Positions 25,818 through 38,948 of a stretch of DNA of 64,000 bases are shown here, one piece after another. The translations under genes were made by a program, and so were the position numbers. The first letter of the stretch is position 1. Every line of letters starts with the position of its first letter. A model generated the notes under the pieces. That model saw only the letters and a list, made by a program, of their open reading frames with translations, did no database searches and was not told the origin of the DNA. Source of the DNA: Malacoraja senta. Its lineage: Eukaryota. The stretch covers positions 62,001 through 126,000 of the forward strand of contig JAXLNO010002010.1 of NCBI GenBank assembly GCA_038087875.1, in the 5' to 3' direction.

Positions 25818-27099
25818 CGCTATATATAGGGGCATGAGTGGGAACGATGAAGACCCATGAAGCAATGATGTATGGTTTTAACACTGATTACTTTCATGAG
25901 GAGACCACCATAATATGAAGCAAATGGGATTTTTGTGGGTACAGGGTGTGAATTAGATTAACATTGGAGACCCGCTCCCTGAGCCTTCTTAATTCCAATA
26001 GTCAATAGTGCTTTATTTATTACATATGCAACTGCACAGAGAAATTCATTTTTGCATATATTGCACTTGGGAGCGCTGCAATTTTTGGCCATTACTCACA
26101 GTCCAAAGTCATCTCTGGGTCCTGGGGGCACCTCCTCCAGCCAACCTTAAAGTCATTGCCCCGGTTTACCCTCCTACCGACCCACAATCCTCACATCCAA
26201 TGTCTCCAGCTCCCTCCCGGTTATGCCGTCTGCCAAGGCGATTCGATACGATAGAACTTTATTAACCCCAGGATGGAAAACGGTCTGCCAACAGTCATAA
26301 CACACAAGATACATGAAACATGAAATTAAAATGATTAGTGAAAAGGATTGGAGATGTGCAAAGATTTGGGGAGGGGGGTGAGGGGGAGGGGGCGAGTTAC
26401 AGGTCGTGCCGACAGACGAGCCTTTGGCATGCCGCCGGTTCACCGTCCAACGAGCCTTCGGACCAGCCCTGTCGACAGCCGAGGTCTCACTGACCGACGA
26501 ACCTTCCGGGCGGGCACTGCAGCCATGCCTGGACCTTAGGCTGGTCAGAGTGTCTAAGCTGTTGGAGGATCCCATGACTAACTGAACTAACTGAATGGTG
26601 GCTGGTTTAAGTTTGACCTGTGATCAGAGCTCTTGTTTCTTTATTAAACTGCTGTCTGTTGGAGGCATTAAACTAATGCCTTACCTGACCCCTCAGGAAG
26701 AGTTTTTGCCATTATTTTGAGTCCCCCCCCCACATTTCCTGGCCAAGATTTCTGGTTCTGCCCATCTCTGTTGAGGACCGTGGGTGGGAGGGGCAGTCCA
26801 TGGGCAGATAGACTAGCAATACGCTGAATCAATGTGGGAGTGCTGGAGGAGTTGACATCTTCCTCTCTGCCCCCGCTCTTCCACGACCGGAGTTAGCCTG
26901 AAACTGGTATAGGTTCTGTGACGAGTGAAGAAACCCAATCCCAGGTGATGCCAGACATCTTCATTCTGACTAATTGAAGCTGATGATTTCTCTCACTTCA
27001 GCCTGGGCTCCCTCAGGAGTCCAAATGGTGAAGAGTTCAGTGAAGCCCTATACACCAGCCGGCATATACAAACAGCTTCAATAAATGATCTCTGACCAG

Positions 27100-28025
27100 C
27101 CAGATGAAACAAAGCTGGGTGGCAGTGTGAACTGTGAGGAGGATCCTATGAGAATGCAGGGTGACTTGGACAGGTTGGGTGAGTGGGCAGATGCATGGCA
27201 GATGCAGTTTAATGTAGATAAATGTGAGGTTATCCACTTTGGTAGCAAAAACAGGAAGGCAGATTCCTATCTAAATGGTGTCAAGTTGGGAAAAGGGGAA
27301 GTACAACGGGATCTGGGGTCCTTGTTCATCAGTCAATGGAAGTAAGCATGCAGGTACAGCAGGCAGTGAAGAAAGTGAATGGCATGTTGGCCTTAATAGC
27401 AAGAGGAGTTGAGTATAGAGCAAAGAGGTTCTTCTGCTGCTGTATAGGGCCCTATTGAGACCACACCTGGAGTGTTGTGTGCAGTTTTGGTCCCCTACTT
27501 TGAGGAAGGACATTCTTGCTATTGAGGGAGTGCAGTGTAGGTTTACAAGGTTCATTCCCAGGATGGCGGGACTGTCATATGCTGAGAGAATGGAGCGGCT
27601 GGGCTTGTATACTCGAGTTTAGAAGGATGAGGGGGCATCTTATTGAAACATGTACGATTATTAAGGGTTTGACACGCTAGAGGCAGAAAACATGTTCCCG
27701 ATGTTGGGGGAGTCCAGAACCAGGGGCCACAGTTTAAGGATAAGTGGTAAGCAATTTAGAACAGAGATGAGGAAACACTTTTTCACACAGAGAGTTGTGA
27801 GTCTGTGGAATTCTCTGCGTCAGTGGAGGCCGGTTCTCTGGATACTTTCAAGAGAGAGCTAGATAGGTCTCTTAAAGATAGCGGTGTCAGGGGATATGGG
27901 GAGAAGGCAGGACCAGGGTACTGATTGGGGATGATCAGCCATGATCACATTGAATGGTGGTGCTGGCTCGAAGGGCGAATGGCCTACTCCTGCACCTATT
28001 GTCCATTGTCTATTGTTTATTGTCT
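27100..28025 (+). mobile_element. CR1 LINE 3' fragment
   Basis: TKLGGSVNCEED..WQMQFNVDKC; (ATTGTCT)n tail. Confidence 0.92.
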
Positions 28026-28039
28026 ATCTTCAATACTGT

Positions 28040-28232
28040 GTATGAAGGAACTGCAGATGCTGGTTTAAACCGAAGATAGGCCCAAAAATCTGGAGTAACT
28101 CAGCGGGACAGGCAGCATCTCTGGGGAAAAGGAATGGTTCACTTTACGGGTCTCGACCCCACACGTCACCCATTCCTTCTCTCCGGAGATGCTGCCTGCC
28201 CCGCTGAGTTACTCCAGCTTTTTGTGTGTATC
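28040..28232. mobile_element. PLE fold-back element
   Basis: Inverted arms GGAGTAACTCAGCGGG / CCCGCTGAGTTACTCC. Confidence 0.8.
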
Positions 28233-28554
28233 CTCAATACTGGTGGGAGAGATGGGGGTCACCAACACTTCACTTTGGTGTTGGGATTTTGTTATCCATG
28301 GTGTCAGGAGTGCAATGTCGATACCTGAGGTCCCAGAGCTCTGACCTCCTGCGTTAATGGTGCAAATGGGCAATTAGCCGCAGCTATTTGGGATTATTCA
28401 CCTTGTTTTTCATTTCCTCCACAGTCACAGTCCTCCAAACACTGAAATATTGTTTTCGTCCACAAACGTCAGAAGTATCTTTGCTTCCCAAGCACTGCTC
28501 TCTTGAATATCCCCCAAATTAATTCAGGCACCAGGATATTGCCTGAATGCTTAC

Positions 28555-29025
28555 GAGGATGTTTTCGAGTATATTGCCAGGACTGGAGGGCCTGAGCTCT
28601 AGGGAGAGGTTGAGCAGACTAGTACTTTATTCCTTGGAGCATAGGAGGATGAAGAGTGATCTTATAGAGGTGTACAAGATCATGAGAGGAATAGATCAGA
28701 TAAATTCACAGAATCTTTTGCCCAGAGTAGGGGAACGGAGAACAAGAGGGCATAGGTTTAAGGTGAAGGGGAAAAGATTTAATAGGAACCTGAGGGGTAA
28801 CTTTTTTACACAAAGGGTGGTGGGTGTACGGAACAAGCTGCCAGCGGAGGTAGTTGACGTAGGTACTATCATAACATTTAAGAGACATTTGGACAGGTAC
28901 ATGGATATGTTTAGAGAGATGTGGGCTAAATGCAAGCTGGTGGGACTAGTGTAGATGGGTCATGTTGGTTGGTGTGGGCAAGTTGGGCCGAAGGGCCTGT
29001 TTCCATGCTGTATAACTCTATGCCT
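28555..29025 (+). mobile_element. CR1 LINE 3' fragment (subfamily sharing the SINE tail)
   Basis: LPGLEGLS..ERL..DLIEVYKIMRG..NFFTQRVV; the 3' UTR GGGCCGAAGGGCCTGTTTCC matches the SINE tail. Confidence 0.9.
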
Positions 29026-29197
29026 ATGGCACCATTGACAGAATGGCTAAAATTCTGAGGCTCTAAGCTCTGGTCATCCTTTGTCAAACCCCTCCTGGCT
29101 CTGTAATTAATGTTTAGTTTAGAGATACAGTGCGGAAACAGGCCCTTCGGCCCACTGAGTCCGCACCGACCAGCGATCCCCGCACATTAACACTATC

Positions 29198-31490
29198 ATA
29201 TAATAACCATATAACCATATAATAATTACAGCACGGAAACAGGCCATCTCGACCCTTCTAGTCCGTGCCGAACACGTATTCTCCCCTAGTCCCATATACC
29301 TGCGCTCAGACCATAACCCTCCATTCCTTTCCCGTCCATATAACTATCCAATTCATTTTTAAATGATAAAAACGAACCTGCCTCCACCACCTTCACTGGA
29401 AGCTCATTCCACACAGCCACCACTCTCTGAGTAAAGAAGTTCCCCCTCATGTTACCCCTAAACTTCTGTCCCTTAATTCTCAAGTCATGTCCCCTTGTTT
29501 GAATCTTCCCTACTCTCAATGGGAAAAGCTTATCCACGTCAACTCTGTCTATCCCGCTCATCATTTTAAAGACCTCTATCAAGTCCCCCCTTAACCTTCT
29601 GCGCTCCAAAGAATAAAGCCCTAACTTGTTCAACCTTTCTCTGTAACTTAGTTGTTGAAACCCAGGCAACATTCTAGTAAATCTCCTCTGTACTCTCTCT
29701 ATTTTGTTGACATCCTTCCGATAATTAGGCGACCAAAATTGTACACCATACTCCAGAATTGGCCTCACCAATGCCTTGTACAATTTTAACATTACATCCC
29801 AACTTCTATACTCAATGCTCTGATTTATAAAAGCCAGCACACCAAAAGCTTTCTTTACCACCCTATCTACATGAGATTCCACTTTCAGGGAACTGTGCAC
29901 AGTTATTCCAAGATCCCTCTGTTCACCTGCATTCTTCAATTCCCTACCATTTACCATGTACATCCTATTTTGATTTGTCCTGCCAAGATGTAGCACCTCA
30001 CACTTATCAGCATTAAACTCCATCTGCCATCTTTCAGCCCACTCTTCCAACCGGCATAAATCTCTCTGTAGACTTTGAAAATCTACTTCATTATCCACAG
30101 CCCCACCTATCTTAGTATCATCTGCATACTTACTAATCCAATTTACCACACCATCATCCAGATCATTGATGTACATGACAAACAACAGTGGACCCAACAC
30201 AGATCCCTGTGGCACCCCACTAGTCACTGGCCTCCAACCTGACAAACAACCATCCACCATTACTCTCTGGCATCTCCCATTCAGCCACTTTTGAATCCAT
30301 CTTGCTACTCCACCATTAATACCCAACCATTGAACCTTCTTAACCAACCTTCCGTGAGGAACCTTGTCAAAGGCCTTACTGAAGTCCATATATACAACAT
30401 CCACGGCTTTACCCTCATCAATTTCCCGAGTAACCTCTTCAAAAAATTCAAGAAGATTAGTCAAACATGACCTTCCAGGCACAAATCCATGTTGACTGTT
30501 CCTAATCAGCCCCTGTTTATCCAGATGCTTATATATATTATCTCTAAGTATCCTTTCCATTAATTTGCCCACCACTATAATTGCTAGGTTTACTCTTAGA
30601 CCCCTTTTTAAACAATGGAACAACATGCGCAGTACGCCAATCCTCCGGCACTATTCCCGTTTCTATTGACATTTGAAATATTTCTGTCATAGCCCCTGCT
30701 ATTTCTACACTAACTTCCCTCAATGTCCTCGGGAATATCCTGTCAGGACCTGGAGACTTATCCGTTTTCATATCTTTCAAAAGTGTCCGCACCTCCTCTT
30801 CTTTGAATCTCATAGCTTCCATTGCTACTCTGCTTGTTTCCCTTACCTCACTTAATTCCATATCCTTCTCCTTGGCGAATACCGAAGAAAAGAAATTGTT
30901 CAATATCTCCCCCATCTCTTTTGGCTCTGCAGATAGCTGTCCACTCTGACTCTCTAATGGACCAATTTTATTCCTTGTTATCCTTTTGCTATTAATATAG
31001 CTGTAGAAACCCTTTGGATTTACTTTCACCTTACTTGCCAAAGCAACCTCATATCTTCTTTTAGCTTTTCTAATTTCTTTCTTATTATTCTTTTTACATT
31101 CTTTATACTCCTCAAGCACCTCATTTACTCCATGCTGCCTATAATTATTATAGATCTCTCTCTTTTTCCGAACCGTGTCCAATTTCCCTTGAAAACCATG
31201 GCTCTTTCCAATTTTTACTATTTCCTTTCAACCGAACAGAGACATAAAGATTCTGTACTCTTAAAATTTCACTTTTAAATGTCCTCCATTTCTCTTCTAC
31301 ATCCTTCCCATAAAACAACATGTCCCAATTCACTCCTTTTAAATCCTTTCGCATCTCCTCAAAGTTAGCCTTTCTCCAATCAAAAATCTCAACCCTAGGT
31401 CCAGTTCTAACCCTCTCCATAATTATATTGAAACTATTGCCGTTCCCAATGACATTTGAAATATTTCTGTCATAGCCCCTGCTAACACTA
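29198..31490 (-). mobile_element. Young CR1 LINE (second subfamily), 5'-truncated, (AACCATAT)n tail
   Basis: Long ORF2 pieces and a 14-bp TSD. Confidence 0.95.
29286..31420 (-). pseudogene. CR1 ORF2 reverse transcriptase (RT core and C-terminus uninterrupted; frameshifts near 30575 and 31175)
   Basis: QHGF..GRSCLTNL, DFSKAFDKVPH, GVPQGSVLGPLLF, YADD. Confidence 0.92.
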
Positions 31491-32744
31491 ACATTAACAC
31501 TATCCTACACACACTAGGGACAATTTATACAAACACCAAGCCAATTAACCTACAAACCTGATCGTCTTTGGAGTGTGGGAGGAAACCGAGGAAACCTAAG
31601 ATCCCGGAGAAAACCCACACAGTCACGGGGAGAACGTACAAACTCCGTATAGACAGCACCCATAGTCAGGATCGAACCCGGGTCTCCGATGCTACGAGCG
31701 CTGTAAGGCAGCAACTCTATTGTTATACAGTTATACATATACATTATATGTATTGTTATACTGTTAGACAGCTGCGTCATTGTGCCACTCTCTTGTCCTT
31801 TGATTAACAGTTTGGAACCACCCTTTCTATTCTACCTTAAAAACACCTCAAGTGAATAAGGTAGACAAAAATGTTGGAGAAACTCAGCGGGTGAGGCAGC
31901 ATCTATGGAGCGAAGGAATAGGTGACGTTTTGGGTCGAGACCCTTCTTCAGACTGAATAAGTGTCAATTTCTTATCTGATGATAGGTTACATCGAAACAC
32001 ATGCGGAAGTTTATGATGATAAAATTGCTTTGTAAATGGGTGGTGCGATTGTCATACCTTCAGCCTTCCTGTAAGCATGAAAACGTCACCCACTATAAAG
32101 CAGCAGCAAAGTTTTCCTCCAACTGTACCCGTATCTACACCTGTAATACTGCGGCTCCTACATCAATAACGGCTAAATAAACACATCAGCAGCAAATCTT
32201 TAATCAAACATAGTGGTTTCTTCTTTCTGGCAGGACCTGAGTGCCAGCTGTCACATCATCAGAAACCTCCAGCTTTCACCCCAGCCACGAAAACAAGAAA
32301 ATAAATAGCTGTAATATAACATAATTAGATTTAGCTCTTAGGGCTAAAGGAATCAAGGGATATAGGGGAAAAGCAGGAACGGGGTACTGATTTTAGATAA
32401 TCAACCATGATCATATTGAAGGGCCGAATGGCCTACTCTTGCACCTATTTTTCTATGTTTTCTATGTTCTATAACAACAGCAATCTTGAAATATAATAAT
32501 TCCCACAGTAAGCTTGCAATTTAACAGAATCTAGATCAATGCCTGTTACATTGTAACAAAAGCACCAATATTGTTATACAATTCACTCAGGAACTGTACA
32601 CGCAATATAACCTACTTCAGAACTTGTGCATGCCGTCTAAATCTACTTTGGTAATATAACCCAATCAAATATTTGTAACCTGGTGTACAAACCACTCCAT
32701 AATCTGCATTTGTAATATAATGCATTCAGGAAAATGAATCTGTA

Positions 32745-33150
32745 ATAGAAACATAGAAACATAGAAAATAGGTGAAGGAGTTGGCCATTCGGCCCTTTGA
32801 GCCAGCACCACCATTCAATATGATCATGGCTGATCATCCAAAATCAGTACCCTGTTCCTGCTTTCTCCACTTATCCCTTGATTCCATTAGCCCTAACTTT
32901 CTCTTGAAAATATCCAGTGAATCGGCCTCCACTGCGTTCTGTGGCAGATAATTCCACAGATTCACAACGCTGGCTGAAAAAGTTTTTCCTCATCTCAGTC
33001 CTAAATGGCCTAAACCATTATTCTTAAACTGTGACCCTTGGTTCTGGATTCCCCGAACTTCGGGAACAATTTTCCTACATCTAGCCAGTCCAATCCTTTA
33101 AGAATTTAACCTGTTTCTATAAGATCTCTCTCATCCTTCTAAATTCCAGT
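32745..33150 (-). mobile_element. CR1 3' fragment
   Basis: (ATAGAAAC)n tail and ORF2 end, as in 1715-2100. Confidence 0.85.
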
Positions 33151-33596
33151 AATATCACCACTGGAGCCTATATCTATAACATAATCCACAGCAAAACCGG
33201 CACCTTTATATAGCACATCAGGAACATGTATCTGTAATAATCCCACTCCATTATCTACACCTACTCATGTATAACCCACCCCAGAAACTGAACCTGCAAA
33301 ATAATCCACTTGAAATTTCCACCTGTAACATAACGTAATCCAAACTAGCATCTGTGATATATCCAAATATTAATCAATATAACTATTAGAACATAGAACA
33401 TAGAACAGCACAGGAACAGGCCCTTCGAACAAAAATGTGTCGAACATAATGCTAAAATAAACCAGTAATGAGATTTCAGTATTCTCATTAATAATGACTC
33501 CTGGACCAAGTTGTTTAGCATTTTAATTTCTGTGTTAGACTTTAAAAATTGATTTGTGAACAGTGAAAAATGTAGGTTTGTGAATAGTGAAAATTG

Positions 33597-33610
33597 GCGA
33601 CCTCTACTGG
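33597..33610 (-). promoter_or_regulatory. CTCF-like motif
   Basis: CCAGTAGAGGTCGC versus consensus CCASYAGRKGGCRS (one mismatch). Confidence 0.3.
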
Positions 33611-33904
33611 CTAGGATGTCAGTCTGCACACAGATATCTGGTAACTAATGGATCCTATACTTTTTGATCAATGGACATTGATTTGCCAACTTACTTTTGC
33701 AAACATCATTTGAAGCATACAAGTTACCTTTAAAGTACAATTTCCATTATTATGTAAGAAAAACTAATTTGCAAAGTGTACAAATAAATATTCCGCGAGC
33801 ACAAAATGAAATAGGTGATTAGATTTTGTGATTTTGATGGTGAGGATAATTGGGGTTTAAACTTGGGACAGGTGCTAGAACAATTATACATTATTCATTA
33901 GACA

Positions 33905-34112
33905 CAAGGAACTGTAGATGTTGGTTTACAAAAAAAAGAGACAAAGTGCTGGAGCAACTCAGCAGGTCAGGCAGCATCTCTGTAGAACATAGATAGGTGA
34001 CATTTCGGGTCAGGACCCTTCTTCAAAGTCTGAAGAAGGATCCCGACCCAAAACATTGCCTAATCATATTTTCCAGAGATAAAGCTTGACCAGCCAAGTT
34101 ACTTCAGCACTT
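33905..34112. mobile_element. PLE fold-back element with back-to-back hammerhead motifs
   Basis: ...GACCCTTCTTCA-AAGT-CTGAAGAAGGATC... with inverted arms. Confidence 0.75.
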
Positions 34113-34427
34113 ATCTCTTTTTTTATACATTATTCCATATTCAATGAGACTTTTCACCTACTTGAACAGAATTGACTCAATTGGGTTTTTTGAACTTTCT
34201 TCAGACTGGCTGCAGGGGTGGAGGGAAAGTAAAAGTGTGACAGGTCACTGGTGAACACAGGCGAGGGGGCTTTTGATAGGCAGATGATTGAACCCAAAAC
34301 GTTCCCCAGGGATGGTGCCTGACCAGCTGAGTGACTCCAGCACTTTGCGACTCAGCTGGACTTTGTCAATTCCAGCAGCCCAGTGCCCCCTTCCTGAAAT
34401 GTCATGAGGTCATAAAGGAGTAAAATT

Positions 34428-35812
34428 ATAGACAATAGACAATAGACGATAGGTGCAGGAGTAGGCCATTCAGCCCTTCGAGCCAGCACCACCATTCAAT
34501 GTGATCATGGCTGATCATCCCCAATCAGTACCCTGTTCCTGCCTTTTCCCCATATCGCCTGACTCCGCTATCTTTAAGAGCTCTATCTAGCTCTCTCTTG
34601 ACAGCATCCAGAGAACCTGCCTCCACCGCCCTCTGCGGCAGAGAATTCCACACACTGACAACTCTCTGTGAGAAAAAGTGTTTCCTCGTCTCCGTTCTAA
34701 TTGGCTTACCCTTATTCTTAAACTGTGGCCCCTGGTTCTGGACTCCCCCAACATCGGGAACATGTTTCCTGCCTCCAGCGTGTCTAAACCCTTAACAATC
34801 TTATATGTTTCAATAAGATCCCCTCTCATTCTTCTAAACTCCAGAGTGTACAAGCCCAGCTGCTTCATTCTCTCAGCATATGACAGTCCCGCCATCCTGC
34901 GAATTAACCTTGTAAACCTACACTGCACTCCCTCAATAGCAAGAATGTCCTTCCTCAAATTAGGGGACCAAAACTGCACACAATACTCCAGGTGTGGTCT
35001 CACTAGGGCTCTGTACAACTGCAGAAGGACCTCTTTGCTCCTATACTCGACTCCTCTTGTTATAAAGGCCAACATGCCATTCGCTTTCTTCACTGCCTGC
35101 TGTACCTGCATGCTTACTTTCATAGACTGATGAACAAGGACCTCCAGATCCCGCTGTACTTCTCCTTTTCCCAACTTGACGCCATTTAGATAGTAATCTG
35201 CCTACCTGTTTTTGCTACCAAAGTAGATAACCTCACATTTATCCACATTAAACTGCATCTGTCATGCATCTGCCCATTCACCCAACCTGTCCAAGTCACC
35301 CTGCATTCTCATAGCATCCTCCTCACAGTTCACGCTGCCACCCAGCTTTGCGTCATCTGCAAATTTGCTAATGTTACTTTGAATCCCTTCATCCAAATCA
35401 TTGATGTATAATGTAAATAGCTGCTGTCCCAGCACCGAGCCTTGCGGTACCCCACTAGTCACTGCCTGCCATTCTGAAAGGGACCCGTTAATCCCCACTC
35501 TCTGTTTCCTGTCTGCCAACCAATTTTCTATCCATGTCAGCACTCCAACCCCAATACCATGTGCCCTAATTTTGCCCACTAATCTCCTATGTGGGAACTT
35601 ATCAAATTATTTCTGAAAGTCCAGGTACACTAGATCCACTGGCTCTCCCGTGTCCATTTTCCTAGTTACATCTTCAAAAAATTCCAGAAGATTAATCAAG
35701 CATGATTTCCCCTTCGTAAATCCATGCTGACTCGGACCGATCCTGTTACTGCTATCCAAATGTGCGGCTATTTCATCTTTTATAATTGACTCCAGCATCT
35801 TCCCCACCACCG
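34428..35812 (-). mobile_element. CR1 LINE, 5'-truncated
   Basis: RT motifs including SKFADD; (AGACAAT)n tail. Confidence 0.95.
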
Positions 35813-36062
35813 AATTAGGCCATTCAGCCCATCAGGTCTACTCTGCCACGCTGCCATTCAATCGGCTGATCTATCTCTCCCTCCTAACCCCATTCTCCTG
35901 CCTTGTCCCCTAAACCGCTGACACCCGTACTAATCAAGAATCTATCTATCTCTGCCTTAAATGTCATTTTGAATCACTGAGCACTGAGTCTTGCCCAGGG
36001 GCACAACCTTCACAATGAGAGGTAAGAGGATGAGAACGCTCACTTAACATTAGGCTCAATTC

Positions 36063-36380
36063 CACGGTGGCACAGTGGTAGAGTTGCTGCCTTACAGGTC
36101 TTGCAGTGCCGGAGATCCGGGTTCGATCCCAACTACGGGTGCTGTCTGTATGGAGTTTGTACGTTCTTCCCGTGACCTGCATGGTGTTTCTCCGAGATCT
36201 TCAGTTTCCTCCCACACTCCAAAGACGTACAGGTTTGTAGGTTTGGTAAATGTAAAAATTGTTCCTAGTGTGTGTAGGATAGTGTTAATGTGCGGGGAAC
36301 ACTGGTCGGCATGGACCCTGGTGGGCCGAAGGGCCTGTTTCCATGCTGTACCTCCAACATAAACTAAATGAACTAAACTT
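36063..36380 (+). mobile_element. V-SINE, full length
   Basis: A box GTGGCACAGTGG, B box GGTTCGATCC, core, tail. Confidence 0.9.
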
Positions 36381-37399
36381 TACGTTAAGAAAATATTATG
36401 GATGCAAGAAATCTGGTACAAAAGAGAAATAAAATACTCAGCATGTCAGGCAGGATCGACTGTGAGTGTTTCAGGCTGATTACCTTTCATTTGCACGGTC
36501 TGTAATTCAACTTAGAGGCCTACAGTTTGGGTCCAGCATTTGCTGAGAGCAATATGGATATGCTTGCCTGCCAACTCTGACTTTATTGAGCTAGGCCAAA
36601 ATAAAATTCACAAATACTTTGCTCAGAAGCAATAGAATGTCATTCAGCTTTTAACATACGCATAATTTCCCCATTGCTTCTCTGTTAAATTGATCATAAA
36701 TTACAACTAACAAGTTTCCAAATGGCTCACTGGACCATCTGCCTATTTTGGATTTGGGTGACTAGGCCTCAGAGCAGCAATATCAGAGTAATGGTGAACC
36801 AAAGGCAAAATATCTATTCACATCAGTGCAAACTTTTCTGCTCACTTTAGCAGTGTCTAAATTTTAAACATGTTACCTTGAATGTGCCAGCTGGTATACT
36901 GATATAGGCCAGCACCTCCACCTGAATTGTACTCAGAGAGTCCTTAACCATTAAGAAAAAAATGTACATGGAACATATGTAAGAAATGCGTATGTAAAAT
37001 AAACAACGTTTATTCCGGGACCCCTCACAAACTGCACATATTCTACATAGTTTGTTGCATCCTAGAAAGCGGTTAATCAAAGTTAACACAATCTAAAGGG
37101 GAGGGGGAGGGGGTGACAGTCTTAAGGTAATAATCACTGTTCAACAACAAGTATTACAGGTACTTAAACCAGCCTATTTCAGAAGTAAGTGACTTAAGAT
37201 TTGTTTAGATCCTTTCCTACCAATCTGGTTTATTTTGAATGCGGGGAGCAGAATCACTTATGTTCAATAAAAAGTTCTTCATTAACAAGTATTGAGGAAT
37301 TAAAAGGACAGCTGTAATCCACCAGAGAAAAGGGTTTAAACGAAGCGTTAACCCAGCTGTGAAGCTTGGGGTAAAAGAATTTTCCCGAATCCACATTTC

Positions 37400-37850
37400 C
37401 TCTTTAATTCCCCTGTCCAATCCCACACTGACCTTTCTGTCCTAGGCCTCCTCCATTGTCAGAGTGAGGCTAAGCGCAAATTGGAGGAACAGCATCTCAT
37501 ATTTCGCTTACGCAGCTTACAGCCCAGTGGTATGAAAATTGATTTCTCTAACTTCAAGTAACCCCTGCATTCCCTCTCTCTCCATCCCTCCCCCACCCAA
37601 GTCACACCAGGTACTTGTTCTCACCTAGCAAACAGCTAACAATGGTCCGTTTCCTTTATGATTGTTACATTTTTTGCATATCTTTCAATAATTTGTTCTA
37701 TATTTCTCTACATCACTGTCTATATCTTTCATTTCTCTTTCCCCTGACTAGTCTGAAGAAGAATCTTGACCCGAAACGTCGCCCATTCTTTCTCTCCAGA
37801 GATGCTGCCTGTCCCACTGTTTTATTCCAGCATTTTGTGTCTATCTTCAA
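37400..37850 (+). mobile_element. Penelope-like 3' fragment, second subfamily
   Basis: DLSVLGLLHCQSEAKRKLEEQHLIFRL; CTGAAGA..CCGAAACGTC at ~37753. Confidence 0.85.
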
Positions 37851-38487
37851 TGTTGACATAATACACCATGCTAGCCATTCCTCCTTTCAGGCAACATAAG
37901 TAATCCTTCAGTTCAGTGATCCACCTTGGGCTGTTAGGCACAACTCTGCAGAAAACCCAAAGAAGATACAGCCAGCTGAAGATCTCTCTGTGATCTCCAT
38001 CAATGGGGCTTGATGTTGGGTTTTGCACTCCTGTTCTGGTCGTGGCATTGATCTATGCATCATTTTAAGTAATGCGTTTCCAGAATCAGAAAATCAGAAA
38101 AAGTTGGAAACACACAGCAGCTCAGGCAGCATTGGTAGAATGGCAACAGATTCAACACTGCAAGTCGAATACCCTCTGACAGTACAAAGAAAGAGAGAAA
38201 ACGATGTTAGCTTTCATTTGCAGGGAAGTTGAAGGAGGAATGGGTAGGACAAAAGAAATATCTCATGAACAAATGTAGGAAAGATATGAGATGAGGGCAG
38301 CTGGAGAACAAGAACACAGACAAAGGAATGTGTAAATTTGCATTGCTGTCAGACATGCTCAGGAAGTCGTGCTAGGTAATGGAGAAGAAATAACAGTCTC
38401 AATATCAAAGATGGATGACTTACAGCTGCTCCGAAACAAACAAAGAAAGTAAGCTATCTGAGGTTGTCAACTTTGAGGTAGACACAA

Positions 38488-38800
38488 GGAAACGCAGATG
38501 CTGGTTTAGAAATAAAAATTTAAAAAACGGAAAGTGCTGGAGTCACGCAGCAGGTCAGGCAGCATCTCTGGAGAACATGGATCGGTGACATTTCAGGTCG
38601 AGACCCTCCTTCAGACTCAGTCAGGGGAAAGGGAAAAGAAGAAAGGTCTCGACCCAAAATGTCACCTATTCCTTTTCTCCAGAGATGCTGTATGACCCAC
38701 TGAGTTACTCCAGCTTTTTGTGTCTATCTTCCGTTTCAAAACAACATCTGCAGTTCCTTCCTACACATGGATAGGTGACATTTTGTGTCGGAACCCTTCT
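38488..38800. mobile_element. PLE fold-back element
   Basis: Inverted terminal-repeat arms. Confidence 0.8.
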
Positions 38801-38948
38801 GAGTCATGAATGTTGCAAAATGCTCAAAGTTATTCCTCAAACCTATGCTGGGAGTCATTAATGTAGGAATCCATGAATAGGAAGATCAGAGTGAGAGTGG
38901 GATTGATTAACTTGCTCTTCTACCATTTTAGTCTACTGCTTTCCTTGA

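Larger units (their letters stand above)
29112..31720 (-). mobile_element. V-SINE (29112-29197 plus 31491-31720) split by a CR1 insertion
   Basis: TSD ACATTAACACTATC at 29184-29197 and 31491-31504. Confidence 0.88.

Noticed and set aside
36063-36135. tRNA-like A/B boxes
   Set aside because: These are SINE heads followed by the V-domain and LINE tail, with no full cloverleaf, so they are not tRNA genes.
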